Positions 1 through 9,628 of a stretch of 64,000 bases of DNA are shown here, one piece after another. Below the pieces are notes generated by a model that was not told where the DNA came from, searched no databases, and saw only the letters and a list, made by a program, of their open reading frames with translations. Each line of letters opens with the position of its first letter. Positions within the stretch are counted from its first letter, which is position 1. Position numbers and translations under genes: made by a program. Origin of the DNA: Phototrophicaceae bacterium (lineage in GTDB: Bacteria; Chloroflexota; Anaerolineae; Aggregatilineales; Phototrophicaceae); assembly GCA_965223965.1 (NCBI GenBank), contig CBDCXX010000002.1, positions 56,132 through 120,131 of the forward strand, given 5' to 3'.

Positions 1-423
1 TTGCGACATGGCGATGCGCTGGCCGTAGCCGAGCTCGAGGCCGATCGTGCCATCCGCCACGCCGAGCTGCTCACAGGCGTCATGGATGGCAGTCAGCGGA
101 TCGGGCGCGGCGTCGGCGATGCGCCAGCCACCCCAGGGGCGCACCTCTTCGATCCAGGAGGACTGGTAGGCGACGTCGACGAGACTCTCGGCGATGACGC
201 TGATGACGGGCTTGCTGTTGTCCCGGGGGACGATGATGCCCAGCGGGCGGTGTTTCGAATTCCAGCCGATGGTGCGGATGCCGGAGAAGTAGATGCCATT
301 TTCCTTGGCGGTGATGATGAGTGCGTCCATGCCATGTGCGTCCATACGTTCGCGCGCGCGTTCGACTCGGTTCAGATATTCCCCGGTCGGGAACATGGCG
401 TAGTTTGGTTCACGATGGGACAT
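1..423 (-). CDS. M24-family hydrolase (creatinase/prolidase-like), N-terminal part; 3' end runs off the window
   Basis: Absent from the ORF track because it has no stop inside the window. Hand translation of the reverse strand from ATG 423-421 (AGAGGAG about 8 nt upstream) stays open to base 1: MSHREPNYAMFPTGEYLNRVERARERMDAHGMDALIITAKENGIYFSG... This is the creatinase/prolidase N-terminal domain pattern, also seen at the N-terminus of 8487-9611. Confidence 0.6.
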   Translation of the reverse strand, partial: MSHREPNYAMFPTGEYLNRVERARERMDAHGMDALIITAKENGIYFSGIRTIGWNSKHRPLGIIVPRDNSKPVISVIAESLVDVAYQSSWIEEVRPWGGWRIADAAPDPLTAIHDACEQLGVADGTIGLELGYGQRIAMSQ

Positions 424-453
424 ACAAGATCTCCTCTTTATTGAGCGAACGAA

Positions 454-1761
454 TCAAACCGGAACGAGCTTCGGGCGGTAGCGCTGCCGGAAGCGCCAGC
501 CGGTGAGCAGTGCTCGCACGAGCATCTGCAGGAACATCGCTGACCAGACGCCTTGCAGCCCCCAACCCAGGACGCCCGTGAACAGGACGATCAGCGGCAG
601 GGAGACCAGCCAATGGCCAAAGACCGTCACCCACATCGGGTAGCGTGTATCGCCCGCGCCGCGCAGCGCGCCCGTCAACACCTGATTGATGGCCTCCAGC
701 GGCACCGCGAGCAGCACCAGGCGCAGACCGGGCAGGGCCGCCGCCCGCACCACTTCATCGGCAGAGAATAACCGGGTTACGCCTGGCCATGCAAAGAAGA
801 GCAGCGCCAGCCCGCCCATCACGAACCAGGCCTGACGCTGCAACTGAAAGGCGCTGGCGTAGATGTGCTGCGTCAGGCCGGCGCCGGTCAGCTGGCCGAT
901 CAAGGTGAGCGAGGCCAGCAAAAAACCCAGCCCCAGCATCAGGATGATGGACAGTGTGTGGGAGGTGACGGCATAGGCGGCCAGGGCGGCCACGCCGAGC
1001 TCGGTAACCAGGCGCAGCTGCAGCAAGCGGGCGCCACGAATCGCCAGTTGTTCCAGGCCGACGGGCGTGCCCAGGCGCATCAACCCTTGCATCGCGCGCC
1101 TGGAGGTCTGCCAGCCACGCCAGCGCAACGCGGCCGTGCCGCGCCAGAGCCAGAATCCCAGCAAGAGCAGACCGGCGACGCGGCTGACGAAATTGGCGAG
1201 CGCCAGGCCCATCAGGCCGGCCTCCAGCGCGAAGACCAGCAGCAGGGCCAGGACGACGTGCAAGCCGTTGGCCAGGCCCATCACGAGTAAGGGACGGCGC
1301 GCATCACCCGCGCCGCGCAGGCAGCCATTGGCGCTCAAGAGCAGGAATTGCAGTGGCAGTGCGAGCGATAACGCGCGCATATAAGGAGTGCCCAGTTGCT
1401 CGACCGAACCCGAGACACCCATCAAGGTCATAAGCAGCGGGCTGATCGCCCAGACCAACAGCATCACCGCGAAGCCGACGGCCAGGGAGAGCAGCGAGGC
1501 ACTGCGCAAGGTGAGCTCGGCGTCGGAGCGGTCGCCACGGCCGATCGCCTGGGCCACCAGGATCGAGCCACCGATCGCGGTGACCTGGAAGAGGACGGCG
1601 GTCAGCTCCACCAAACGGGCGACGACGAGCTGGGCGGCGAGCGGGTCAACGCCCAATTGACCGGCCAACACGGCATCGAAGAGGATGACGCCATAAAGCA
1701 GCGTCTGCTCCGCGGCCATCTGCAGCGCGAGCGGCAAAGTATTGCGGTGGCGTATTTTCAC
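454..1761 (-). CDS. MATE family efflux transporter
   Basis: 435-aa polytopic membrane ORF with GTG start. It has about 12 hydrophobic segments and the two-halves organisation and sequence style of MatE exporters. Confidence 0.8.
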   Translation of the reverse strand: MKIRHRNTLPLALQMAAEQTLLYGVILFDAVLAGQLGVDPLAAQLVVARLVELTAVLFQVTAIGGSILVAQAIGRGDRSDAELTLRSASLLSLAVGFAVMLLVWAISPLLMTLMGVSGSVEQLGTPYMRALSLALPLQFLLLSANGCLRGAGDARRPLLVMGLANGLHVVLALLLVFALEAGLMGLALANFVSRVAGLLLLGFWLWRGTAALRWRGWQTSRRAMQGLMRLGTPVGLEQLAIRGARLLQLRLVTELGVAALAAYAVTSHTLSIILMLGLGFLLASLTLIGQLTGAGLTQHIYASAFQLQRQAWFVMGGLALLFFAWPGVTRLFSADEVVRAAALPGLRLVLLAVPLEAINQVLTGALRGAGDTRYPMWVTVFGHWLVSLPLIVLFTGVLGWGLQGVWSAMFLQMLVRALLTGWRFRQRYRPKLVPV

Positions 1762-1788
1762 GATTCGCCGCTACGGAAGTGCGCCACA

Positions 1789-2793
1789 CTAACCAAAGTG
1801 CGGCATTACTTCGCGGGCGATCCGCTCCAGCACCTGGCAATTGCTTTCGGCATCGGCGCCGGTGAGCAGGATGCCGATCTGCCCGACGCCGCGGTCCGCG
1901 AGGCGCTCGCAGGTTTCGCGCACGCGCGCGGCGTTGCCCACAATGGTGAGCATATCGATCTCGCGCCGGGTGACAAGGGGCGCGGCGCCGGCCGGGCCGC
2001 CCGCGGCGTAGGCGCGTTTCAGGTCAACGATCGCCCCTTCTTCCATGCCAATGGCCCGCAAGAGCGAGAGGGGCGCGCCGCCGATGATATGGGCCACGCT
2101 GGGTTTGAGGCGCTCGTGGGCGGCCTCTTCGTCATCGACCACGCGGCAGGTAACCCAGCTGACGATTTCCATTTCGCTCAGGCTGCGGCCGGCGCGTGCC
2201 GCCCCGCGCTCCAACGCTGCGAAGGCGTAATCCAGCCCTTCTTTGGATACGAGCGCGCCAATCGCTGCGCCGTCGGCCAGCTCGCCAGCCGCTTCCAGCA
2301 TGCGCGCGCCGCGGGCGGCAATGTAGATCGGGATGGCCGCGCGCTCCGGTTGCCAGGAAAGCTTAAGGCCTTTGGCGGTTACGTAGCTGGATTCATGTTG
2401 CAAGGTCTCGCCCTGCAGGAGGGCGCGCACCAGGGTAACCATCTCCCGCGTGCGCGGCGCGGCGGCGTCCTGTTCGTAACCCATAGGCAGCAACAGCTCG
2501 CGCCGGTTGCCGCTGCCGATGCCCAGATTGGCGCGGCCAGCGCTGATTTCGTCCACGGTGGCGATGGCCCGCGCGACCTGGGCCGGGTGGCGCGTATAGG
2601 GGTTGGTTACCCCGATCATGAGCTGGATGTTCCCGGTCGCCTGCGCCCAGGCGGCCATAACCAGGAAGGGATCGCGGTAGAAAGTCTGGTCCGGGATCCA
2701 GGCCATCTCGTAGCCGAGGCGCTCGCCGAGTTGGACAACGCGCAGGCCTTCCGCCAGCGGTTGGGTGGGTACGAAACCGAAGCCGAAACGCAT
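1789..2793 (-). CDS. LLM-class (luciferase-like) flavin/F420-dependent oxidoreductase
   Basis: 334 aa. MRFGFGFVP start, LGYEMAWIPDQ and GRANLGIGSG are typical of luciferase-like monooxygenase family proteins. Confidence 0.75.
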   Translation of the reverse strand: MRFGFGFVPTQPLAEGLRVVQLGERLGYEMAWIPDQTFYRDPFLVMAAWAQATGNIQLMIGVTNPYTRHPAQVARAIATVDEISAGRANLGIGSGNRRELLLPMGYEQDAAAPRTREMVTLVRALLQGETLQHESSYVTAKGLKLSWQPERAAIPIYIAARGARMLEAAGELADGAAIGALVSKEGLDYAFAALERGAARAGRSLSEMEIVSWVTCRVVDDEEAAHERLKPSVAHIIGGAPLSLLRAIGMEEGAIVDLKRAYAAGGPAGAAPLVTRREIDMLTIVGNAARVRETCERLADRGVGQIGILLTGADAESNCQVLERIAREVMPHFG

Positions 2794-2826
2794 CTGATGC
2801 TCCTTTCGGGGGCAATCCGGACGGAC

Positions 2827-3957
2827 TCAGTCCGGGTGGACTTCGAAGGAATCGCTCTGGTAACGGACGACCAGGTCGGGATCCAGATCGCCACCGAGGC
2901 CGGGACCATGTGGCACGACAAGGGCGCCGTCCTCGAAGAGGATGGGCTCGGCGCTCAGATCGGCTTCGAGCAGGAATTGGCCGCCCATCTCGCAACCCCA
3001 GGTCACGTTGGGCGTCGAAGCGGCGAAATGCAGGCAGGCGCGTGAGGCGATAGCCCCTTCGAGAGCGCCGCCGACATAGCAACCGATGCCGGCCGGTTCG
3101 GCGACGATGGCCATCTTCTTGGCGTTGATGATACCACCGCCGTTGTTGATGTAGATGCTGATCAGGTCACAGGCGCGCTTCCTGGCGTGCTCAAAAACGT
3201 CGCGCGTTGAGTTGGCACCCTCGTCAGCCATGATGTAGGTGTTGGTGGCGCGGCGCACCTCGGCCATGCCGTCCAGGTCCCAGGCCTTCACCGGTTGCTC
3301 CATGAATTCCAGGCCGCTCTCGGCGAGGGAGTTAATGACGTAGATGGCCGTGTTGACATCCCAGGCCTGGTTGGCGTCGGCGCGCAGGCGGATCGCGTCA
3401 CCGGCGACGGCGCGGACGCGGCGCGTGCGCTCGATATCGTGGTCGGGGTCTTCGTGGCCGGTCTTCATCTTGAGGATGCGGATGCCACGGGAGATGGCCA
3501 TTTCAGCATCTTGTGCGGCATGTTCGTGGTCTGTGATGGGGATGGACCAACTGAGCGGAATATGGTCATGCACGATGCCGCCGAGCAGGTTGTAGACTGG
3601 CGTATTCAGGGCCTTGCCGGCGATGTCATAGAGGGCGATGTTGACAGCGCTCTTGGCGCGTGGGTTCCAGGGCAAGGCGCGCTCCATATCCAGCTGGCGC
3701 GCTTCGATCTGGCGCGGGTCCTTGCCGAAAATGACGGGCAGCAAACGCTCGCGCAGCTGGAGGGCGACGGTCGCCTGCGTCTCCCCGGCGCCGGAAAAGC
3801 CAGCCATATGTGGCGTTTCGCCCAACCCGACGATTCCCTCGTCGGTATGGAGGCGCAGGTAGACGCATTCCTGATGGCGCGTGGTGGCGAAAGACATGCG
3901 GTGCGAGCGCACGGTCGGCACTTTGGTCAGAATCACTTCGGCATTGGTGATTTTCAT
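2827..3957 (-). CDS. Enolase-superfamily enzyme (mandelate racemase/muconate lactonizing enzyme family)
   Basis: 376 aa. Carries KMK (KxK) motif and the metal-ligand contexts ADANQAW, FMEQP and IMADEG. Substrate unknown. Confidence 0.8.
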   Translation of the reverse strand: MKITNAEVILTKVPTVRSHRMSFATTRHQECVYLRLHTDEGIVGLGETPHMAGFSGAGETQATVALQLRERLLPVIFGKDPRQIEARQLDMERALPWNPRAKSAVNIALYDIAGKALNTPVYNLLGGIVHDHIPLSWSIPITDHEHAAQDAEMAISRGIRILKMKTGHEDPDHDIERTRRVRAVAGDAIRLRADANQAWDVNTAIYVINSLAESGLEFMEQPVKAWDLDGMAEVRRATNTYIMADEGANSTRDVFEHARKRACDLISIYINNGGGIINAKKMAIVAEPAGIGCYVGGALEGAIASRACLHFAASTPNVTWGCEMGGQFLLEADLSAEPILFEDGALVVPHGPGLGGDLDPDLVVRYQSDSFEVHPD

Positions 3958-3984
3958 AGCATCCTCTTTCCCGGGTATTCCGGA

Positions 3985-5181
3985 TCAGTCCAGGTGATTG
4001 AGCAGGTTACGCGCGGCCGCACCGCGTTCGCGAATGGGGTGCCCGGCCTCTTCCAGGAAAATTTCCAGCAGAGTTACCAGTGCGAGCAAGAAGGTCGGCT
4101 GGGCAGAATGTCCCAGGATGCCTACGCGCCAGACTCTGCCGCGCAAATCGCCCAGGCCGCCGCCGATATCAATGCGGTAGGGAGCCAGTAGTTGCTGGCG
4201 GATGGCGGCGGCGTCCACCCCGGCCGGCACATTGATGGCGGTTACGGTCGGCAGGCGGAACACTGGCCTGGCATGGACGGAGAGATTCAACGTCTCAAAG
4301 GCGAGGACCAGGGCATCGCGCCGATTGACCATGCGGCTCACGCGATATTCCATGCCCTGCTCGGAAATCAGCTGCAGCAACTCGGTGAGGGCGTAGAGGA
4401 TCGGTGCGGGCATGGTCTGGGCAGCACGTTCGTCTTCGCGGAAGCGGCGCAGCTGTGCCAGATCCAGGGAGGAGCTGAGGACCTGCTGTTGGCGGGCAGC
4501 GTGGACGGCGGCGGCGCGTTCGCTGAAAGTGATCAGGCCCAGGCCGGGGTAGGCGCTGATCGCTTTCTGGCTGCCGGCGACGCCGATATCGATGCCCAGC
4601 TCGTCGTGGGGCACGTCGACGGCGCTGATCGTCCAACGGGAATCGACCAGCAGCAGAGCGCCGTGCGCGTGGGCCAGCTCGCCCAGGCCGGCCAGCGCTT
4701 GCTGGACGCCGGTAGAGCCGTCGCCATGCAGGGTAGCCAGCAGGCGCGTCGGCTGTCTATCGAGGGCATCCCGCAGCGCTTCCCAGGAGACGGCTTCACC
4801 CGCCGGCGCCACGACGCGGATCACATGCGCGCCGCAGCGTTCGGCCGCCTCGGCCAGCCGCTCGCCGAAGAAGCCGCTGATGGCGACGACGGCTGTTTCG
4901 CCCGGTTGCAGCGCGTTCAGCAGGGCTGCTTCCAGGGCGGTTTCTTCGGAGCCGGGGATCAGGTAAGTATCCGCATTGTCGGTGCCCCAGATATGGCACA
5001 GCCGCGCGATGGCTTCCTCCAGCACCGCGAGGAAGCCGGGGTCGTTGGCGCCTTCCAGAACGCCAATTAATCCCTGGCGCGCGCGTGGCGAAGCGTTGCT
5101 GAGGTCCGGTCCAAGGAGGGTGCGTTCCGGCGGGTTGAGGCGTCGGTAAGGGAGGGGTGGGGGAGCGGCGTCGTCGATCAC
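3985..5181 (-). CDS. Class V aminotransferase (serine-pyruvate/alanine-glyoxylate aminotransferase-like)
   Basis: 398 aa PLP fold-type I protein with the GSQKAISA lysine motif. Its start overlaps the upstream stop (ATGA at 5178-5181). Confidence 0.8.
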   Translation of the reverse strand: MIDDAAPPPLPYRRLNPPERTLLGPDLSNASPRARQGLIGVLEGANDPGFLAVLEEAIARLCHIWGTDNADTYLIPGSEETALEAALLNALQPGETAVVAISGFFGERLAEAAERCGAHVIRVVAPAGEAVSWEALRDALDRQPTRLLATLHGDGSTGVQQALAGLGELAHAHGALLLVDSRWTISAVDVPHDELGIDIGVAGSQKAISAYPGLGLITFSERAAAVHAARQQQVLSSSLDLAQLRRFREDERAAQTMPAPILYALTELLQLISEQGMEYRVSRMVNRRDALVLAFETLNLSVHARPVFRLPTVTAINVPAGVDAAAIRQQLLAPYRIDIGGGLGDLRGRVWRVGILGHSAQPTFLLALVTLLEIFLEEAGHPIRERGAAARNLLNHLD

Positions 5182-6200
5182 TGCAGCTCGGGGATCAGGA
5201 ACTGGCCGGCTTCCATGATCTGCAAGTCATCGAGCCAGATGCTCTTGTTGCGGCAGGGGAAATCCATATGCGCTTTGGAGACGTTCTGCCCCTGGAAGAT
5301 GGCCGTATTGGCGCCGAAGGCGATCTGCATGTTGCCGTAGTAGGCTTCCTGGTCCTGCACGGCACCTTCCATCAAATAAGCGCCCATGCGGTTCCAGTCG
5401 GCGCGGTGTTCGCAACCCCAACCGATGTGGGCGATACGGTAGGCTGTCTCGTCGTTGAAGGCGGAGAACCAATCCTCCAGCAAACGTGCATCCAGGCCGC
5501 CCTCGATCTTGACGATCAGGCCATCGCGGATGGTCATCGTCACCGGCGAGGTGACGTAGCGCCCGAGGCGCAGGATCACGTCGTTGATATCGACCACCAG
5601 CGTGCCGTTGGCGCTGAACTCATCCGGGCCGACGGTGACCATGCCACTCGGCCAGTTGTCCCAGCGGCCGGGTTCATCGGCGAGGCTGTAGAGGCCCAAC
5701 ACGACGCGATCTTTGACATTGCAAGTGAGGTCCGTGCCCATGGCGGAGGTGACGCGCATCGTCTCCGCCTTGCGCAGCAGGTCGGCGCCTGCCAACGCGC
5801 GGCGGCGAATGACGGGATCGGGAGCCAGGCGCATCAGGACATCCTGCGGCTGGCCGCAACGGAGGACGCGGCCGCCATTCTCGAGCGCCGCCGCGTTGAG
5901 TAGCGAATAGGCATGGGCGACGGTGCTGACCAGGTCAATCACCATATCGGCACCTGCCCAGATGTCGGCGATGATGCCGCGGTCGTTCTCCGGCACGGTG
6001 GTCGGCACGGTGACCTGGAAGGCCTCCACGCCCAGATCGAGGGCCGCGCCGAGCGCGGCGGCCGGGTAATGCGGCGTCGTATGCGTGTCGCAATAGATGA
6101 GCAACGTCTCCCCTTCGTGCAGGTTGCAGAGCTCGAAAGTGCGCTTGAAGAGTGGAATCAACTCGGTGGATGCGCTGTAATTTAAAGGAAATTTCTTCAC
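5178..6200 (-). CDS. NicX/aminopeptidase T (M29)-like protein, paralogue 1
   Basis: Track ORF 5178-6296 trimmed to GTG 6200, which is preceded by AAAGGAGGG. Shares H(I/V)GWGC, QIAFG and H(I/M)DF motifs with 6308-7354 and 9629-10687. From memory, it resembles the family annotated as 2,5-dihydroxypyridine 5,6-dioxygenase/leucyl aminopeptidase T. Confidence 0.5.
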   Translation of the reverse strand: MKKFPLNYSASTELIPLFKRTFELCNLHEGETLLIYCDTHTTPHYPAAALGAALDLGVEAFQVTVPTTVPENDRGIIADIWAGADMVIDLVSTVAHAYSLLNAAALENGGRVLRCGQPQDVLMRLAPDPVIRRRALAGADLLRKAETMRVTSAMGTDLTCNVKDRVVLGLYSLADEPGRWDNWPSGMVTVGPDEFSANGTLVVDINDVILRLGRYVTSPVTMTIRDGLIVKIEGGLDARLLEDWFSAFNDETAYRIAHIGWGCEHRADWNRMGAYLMEGAVQDQEAYYGNMQIAFGANTAIFQGQNVSKAHMDFPCRNKSIWLDDLQIMEAGQFLIPELQ

Positions 6201-6307
6201 CTTTGTCCCTCCTTTGGCTTGCTCCCGGACAATGACTATACTCAGGAGTAACAGGCGGCTGCAACCGGTACTGTTGGCAGTGAAGCGGGCGGCCACGGGG
6301 AGGATTC

Positions 6308-7354
6308 ATGTTTCACTGGACGTATCGCGATTCCGGCGGGGCGCTGACGGATTTGATCCCGCTTTTCCAACACACGCTCCAGCTGTGCCAGTTGCGCGAG
6401 GGCGAGCAGGTGATGGTCTATGGCGACCACCACACGCCGACGCATTACGCCAAGGCCGCCATGGCCGCGGCGCAGGACGCTGGCGCGCAGGTCTTCCAGC
6501 TGGAGGTGCCGACGGAAGGGGGCGATATCCTCTCCGGGCCGGTCTGGGATATCTGGCACGCGGTAGATCTGGTGGTGGATCTGGAATCAATTGGTACGAG
6601 CATCTACCGGCCCATGCGGGTCCACGCGCTGGAAGCGGGCGTGCGTGTATTGCGGGTAACCCAGCCGGAGGATGTGCTCTCGCGCCTCCGGCCCTTGCCC
6701 GCCTTGCGGGACCGGGTGCGGCGCTGCGAGGCGCTGCTGGCCGCGGCGCGCGAGTTGCGGGCTACCTCGCCGGCCGGGACGGATCTGGTGTTGAATACCG
6801 CGGGCCGCAAGGCCTTCGGGCTCTGGGGCGCAGCTGACCAGCCGGGCAAGTGGGATCACTGGTCGGTGGCGGTAGTCGTCGGCGGCGCCAGCCGCCCGAA
6901 CAGCAACGGCCGGCTCGTCATTGACGTCGGCGACATCATTCTCGGGATGCGGCGCTATGCGACCACGCGCATCGACCTCATCATCGAAGAGGGCATTATT
7001 ACCCGCATCGAAGGTGAAGGTTTGGACGCGCATTTGCTGCGGAACTGGTTCGCCAGCTGGGGTGACGAGCGCGCCTTTCATATCTCGCACGTCGGCTGGG
7101 GTTGCGATGAGCGCGCCGATTGGGGGCGGATGGCCGGGCCGACCGGTGGCATCGGCGACGCGGAATCCTACCCGGGTGTTTTCCAGATCGCCTTCGGGCG
7201 CGATACATCCTGGTATATCGGAGACGGCACGAACGACGTCGTCGCCCATATCGATTTCAACGGGCTGGCGCACAGCATCGCGCTGGATGGCCTGCCGATT
7301 ACGGAAAACGGGCGCTTCGTACACCCGGATTTGGTCAGCGACGCCGTCGGGTAA
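6308..7354 (+). CDS. NicX/aminopeptidase T (M29)-like protein, paralogue 2
   Basis: 348 aa, clearly homologous to 5178-6200 and 9629-10687 along its full length (LCQLREGEQV..., HVGWGCDERADW, FQIAFG, AHIDF). Divergently transcribed from paralogue 1. Confidence 0.5.
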   Translation: MFHWTYRDSGGALTDLIPLFQHTLQLCQLREGEQVMVYGDHHTPTHYAKAAMAAAQDAGAQVFQLEVPTEGGDILSGPVWDIWHAVDLVVDLESIGTSIYRPMRVHALEAGVRVLRVTQPEDVLSRLRPLPALRDRVRRCEALLAAARELRATSPAGTDLVLNTAGRKAFGLWGAADQPGKWDHWSVAVVVGGASRPNSNGRLVIDVGDIILGMRRYATTRIDLIIEEGIITRIEGEGLDAHLLRNWFASWGDERAFHISHVGWGCDERADWGRMAGPTGGIGDAESYPGVFQIAFGRDTSWYIGDGTNDVVAHIDFNGLAHSIALDGLPITENGRFVHPDLVSDAVG

Positions 7355-7395
7355 GGGCGAGCCCTGGAGTGGTCGCTGGCCGCCTGGCGGTCGCG

Positions 7396-8484
7396 CTAGC
7401 TTCGTTCGCCCGTTTCCAGGTAGTGCAGCAATTGCTCGCGATTCATGCCGGCGATGCCCATCGCTTCGGCGTTGCGCCCGGTCGACCAGTAGTCCTCTTC
7501 TTCCGTTACGCAGAAGAGGTGGTTGATGCTGTTATTGACGGGCGTCGGCACGTCGAGCAGGCGGCCCAGCGACGAATAGAGTACCGAGCCATAAGGCACG
7601 TCTTCGGTGATATAGCGGTCCCAGATGCGGTCGCGCAGGTTGAAGGGCTCGCCCTGGACGCGGTAGACATGGGGGCCGCTGCCGGTTTCGCGGTAGAGGT
7701 CATCGATGAAGACGACATCAAGCCCCAACGCGCGCTGCAGGGCCATCTTCTCCTCGTCAACGGCGTCCAGCAGGCGCAACACGCCGGGCGTCATCCCTTC
7801 GTTCATGATGGAGAGGTAGCCATCCTGGCGCTCGACGGCAGCGTAGTTGAGCAGCATCGGCGCGGGATGGATCATGAAATTGGGATTGTTGAGGCCGGGG
7901 TCCAGCACGTTGGGTTTGGGGATGAGGCGCAGCGTATCGCCTATCCGCTCCATCAGCCGCTCGGTATTGCGGCCAGGGAAGGCGGCGCAGCGCAGGTTGG
8001 ACGGCAGACGGATGCGCAGCTTGCCCGGCCCGACCATGCGCGCCGATTGTGGCAGGGTGACCGTTTCTCCCAGCAGAATGTCATCCAGACTGTGCCCGGC
8101 GGCGCGCAGCACCGGCGCCAGCTCCAGCGAGCCGGCCGAACCTGTGAGCAGGAGGATTATCTGGCCGCTGCGCAAGTAGGGCAGGCAGGCCTTCAGCATC
8201 GGTTTTTGCCCGTAGGCGGGCACGGCGATGAGGATCAGATCGACGTTCTCCATGGCCGCGGCGATGTCGGTGGTGATGAGGTCGAGCGGCACCAGCTCTT
8301 CGGCCTGGTCCCCTCCGATCAAATCCCCTTCGATTGCGACGCCACCCTGCTCGAGGATGGCCGCAATACGCTCACCAGTGCGGTTGTAGAGATGGACGCT
8401 ATAGTCGCGGCGGGAGAGGGCGGCCGCCGCCGCCATCCCCCCGGGGCCGCCGCCCATGACAAGGATGCGTTTGATGGCACTCAC
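7396..8484 (-). CDS. NAD(P)-dependent opine (octopine/nopaline) dehydrogenase family protein
   Basis: 362 aa with an N-terminal Rossmann motif (VMGGGPGGMAAA). The remainder matches the opine dehydrogenase family style. Confidence 0.65.
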   Translation of the reverse strand: MSAIKRILVMGGGPGGMAAAAALSRRDYSVHLYNRTGERIAAILEQGGVAIEGDLIGGDQAEELVPLDLITTDIAAAMENVDLILIAVPAYGQKPMLKACLPYLRSGQIILLLTGSAGSLELAPVLRAAGHSLDDILLGETVTLPQSARMVGPGKLRIRLPSNLRCAAFPGRNTERLMERIGDTLRLIPKPNVLDPGLNNPNFMIHPAPMLLNYAAVERQDGYLSIMNEGMTPGVLRLLDAVDEEKMALQRALGLDVVFIDDLYRETGSGPHVYRVQGEPFNLRDRIWDRYITEDVPYGSVLYSSLGRLLDVPTPVNNSINHLFCVTEEEDYWSTGRNAEAMGIAGMNREQLLHYLETGERS

Positions 8485-8486
8485 GA

Positions 8487-9611
8487 TTACAGGACCTGCA
8501 ATTCGTGAGTACTGAAGTTGAAGCGGCGCGCGCCGTTAGCCGTCACGGTAACGATGTCTTCGATACGCACACCGAAGCGCCCTTTCAGGTAGATACCGGG
8601 CTCGATGCTGAAGACCATCCCCTCGCGCAGGATGGTCGTATCGCCGCTTACTATGTACGGTGCTTCGTGGAGATCAAAGCCGAGACCATGGCCGGTGCGG
8701 TGCAGAATGCCCTCACCATAGCCGGCGGCAATGATGTGCCTGCGGGCGACAGCATCGATCGATTCCGCCCTTACGCCGGGTCGGACGGCCTCGAAGGCCA
8801 GCTGGTTGGTTTCGTTGACGACGTCGTAGACGCGTCGATATTCATCCGAAGGCGGACCGACGTGGAAACTGCGGGTCATATCGGACCAGTAGCCATTCAC
8901 GGTGCTGCCGAAATCGACGACGATGGCATCACCCGGCCCGATGCGGCGCGGGCCGACGTGGTGATGCGGCGAAGCACCATTTTCGCCGACGCCGACGATG
9001 GCGCCGGAGGGAGCGCCGGGGTCGTGGCCGTGTTCCGGCAGGAGCGCCATCAGTTGCCGTTTTACCTCCGCCTCGCTCATGCCAATGAGAGCTAGCTCCA
9101 GCAGGGCGAGGTAGCTGCGGTCGGCGGCGCCACCGGCCTGGGTCAGGTATTCCAGTTCGCGCGCTTCCTTGACCATGCGGATGGGGTTGAGCAGGGCGCC
9201 GCCGGGCACAAATTCGGCTTCCGGCGCAGCGGCCTGCAGGCCATACAGGAAGTGAGAGAAGATCTTGTCAGCGACGCCCAGGCGCAGCGGCTGCCCTGTC
9301 GCTGCAGGGGGTAGCGAGGCGGCGAAACGCTCGAAGGGGCTTTCGGTTTCCTCCCAGGGGATGAGATCGAAGAAATGTGCCAGCGGCTCCGCGAGGGCTG
9401 TCTCGAAACCGGGAAGGAGAAGGCGCGGGGCCTCGTCTTCGGAAGCGGGCAGGATGAAGAGCGTCAGGCGCTCGGATTGCGGTCGGTTCAGTCCGATCAG
9501 GTAGAAAAGATCACTGGAAGGGCCGACGAGCAGGGCATCGGTGCCCGCGGCGCGCAGGCCTTCCCGAACCCGCTGGCAGCGCGCCGCGTAATCAAAAGGC
9601 TGGTTATTCAT
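8487..9611 (-). CDS. M24 family metallohydrolase (Xaa-Pro dipeptidase/creatinase-like)
   Basis: 374 aa. Creatinase-type N-domain followed by a pita-bread domain with HRTGHGLG, SIEPGIY and RIED motifs. Confidence 0.8.
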   Translation of the reverse strand: MNNQPFDYAARCQRVREGLRAAGTDALLVGPSSDLFYLIGLNRPQSERLTLFILPASEDEAPRLLLPGFETALAEPLAHFFDLIPWEETESPFERFAASLPPAATGQPLRLGVADKIFSHFLYGLQAAAPEAEFVPGGALLNPIRMVKEARELEYLTQAGGAADRSYLALLELALIGMSEAEVKRQLMALLPEHGHDPGAPSGAIVGVGENGASPHHHVGPRRIGPGDAIVVDFGSTVNGYWSDMTRSFHVGPPSDEYRRVYDVVNETNQLAFEAVRPGVRAESIDAVARRHIIAAGYGEGILHRTGHGLGFDLHEAPYIVSGDTTILREGMVFSIEPGIYLKGRFGVRIEDIVTVTANGARRFNFSTHELQVL

Positions 9612-9628
9612 GGCGATTTTTCAACCTT

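Noticed and set aside
1396-3045. A 549-aa plus-strand ORF. Similar long ORFs lie at 7120-8508 (+), 17108-18070 (+), 9647-10615 (+), 11901-12881 (+) and 21545-22441 (-).
   Set aside because: They lie antisense to, or out of frame with, genes that have clear family motifs. They are rich in Arg/Ala/Gly/His, as expected for shadow frames in very GC-rich DNA, and contain no recognisable domains.
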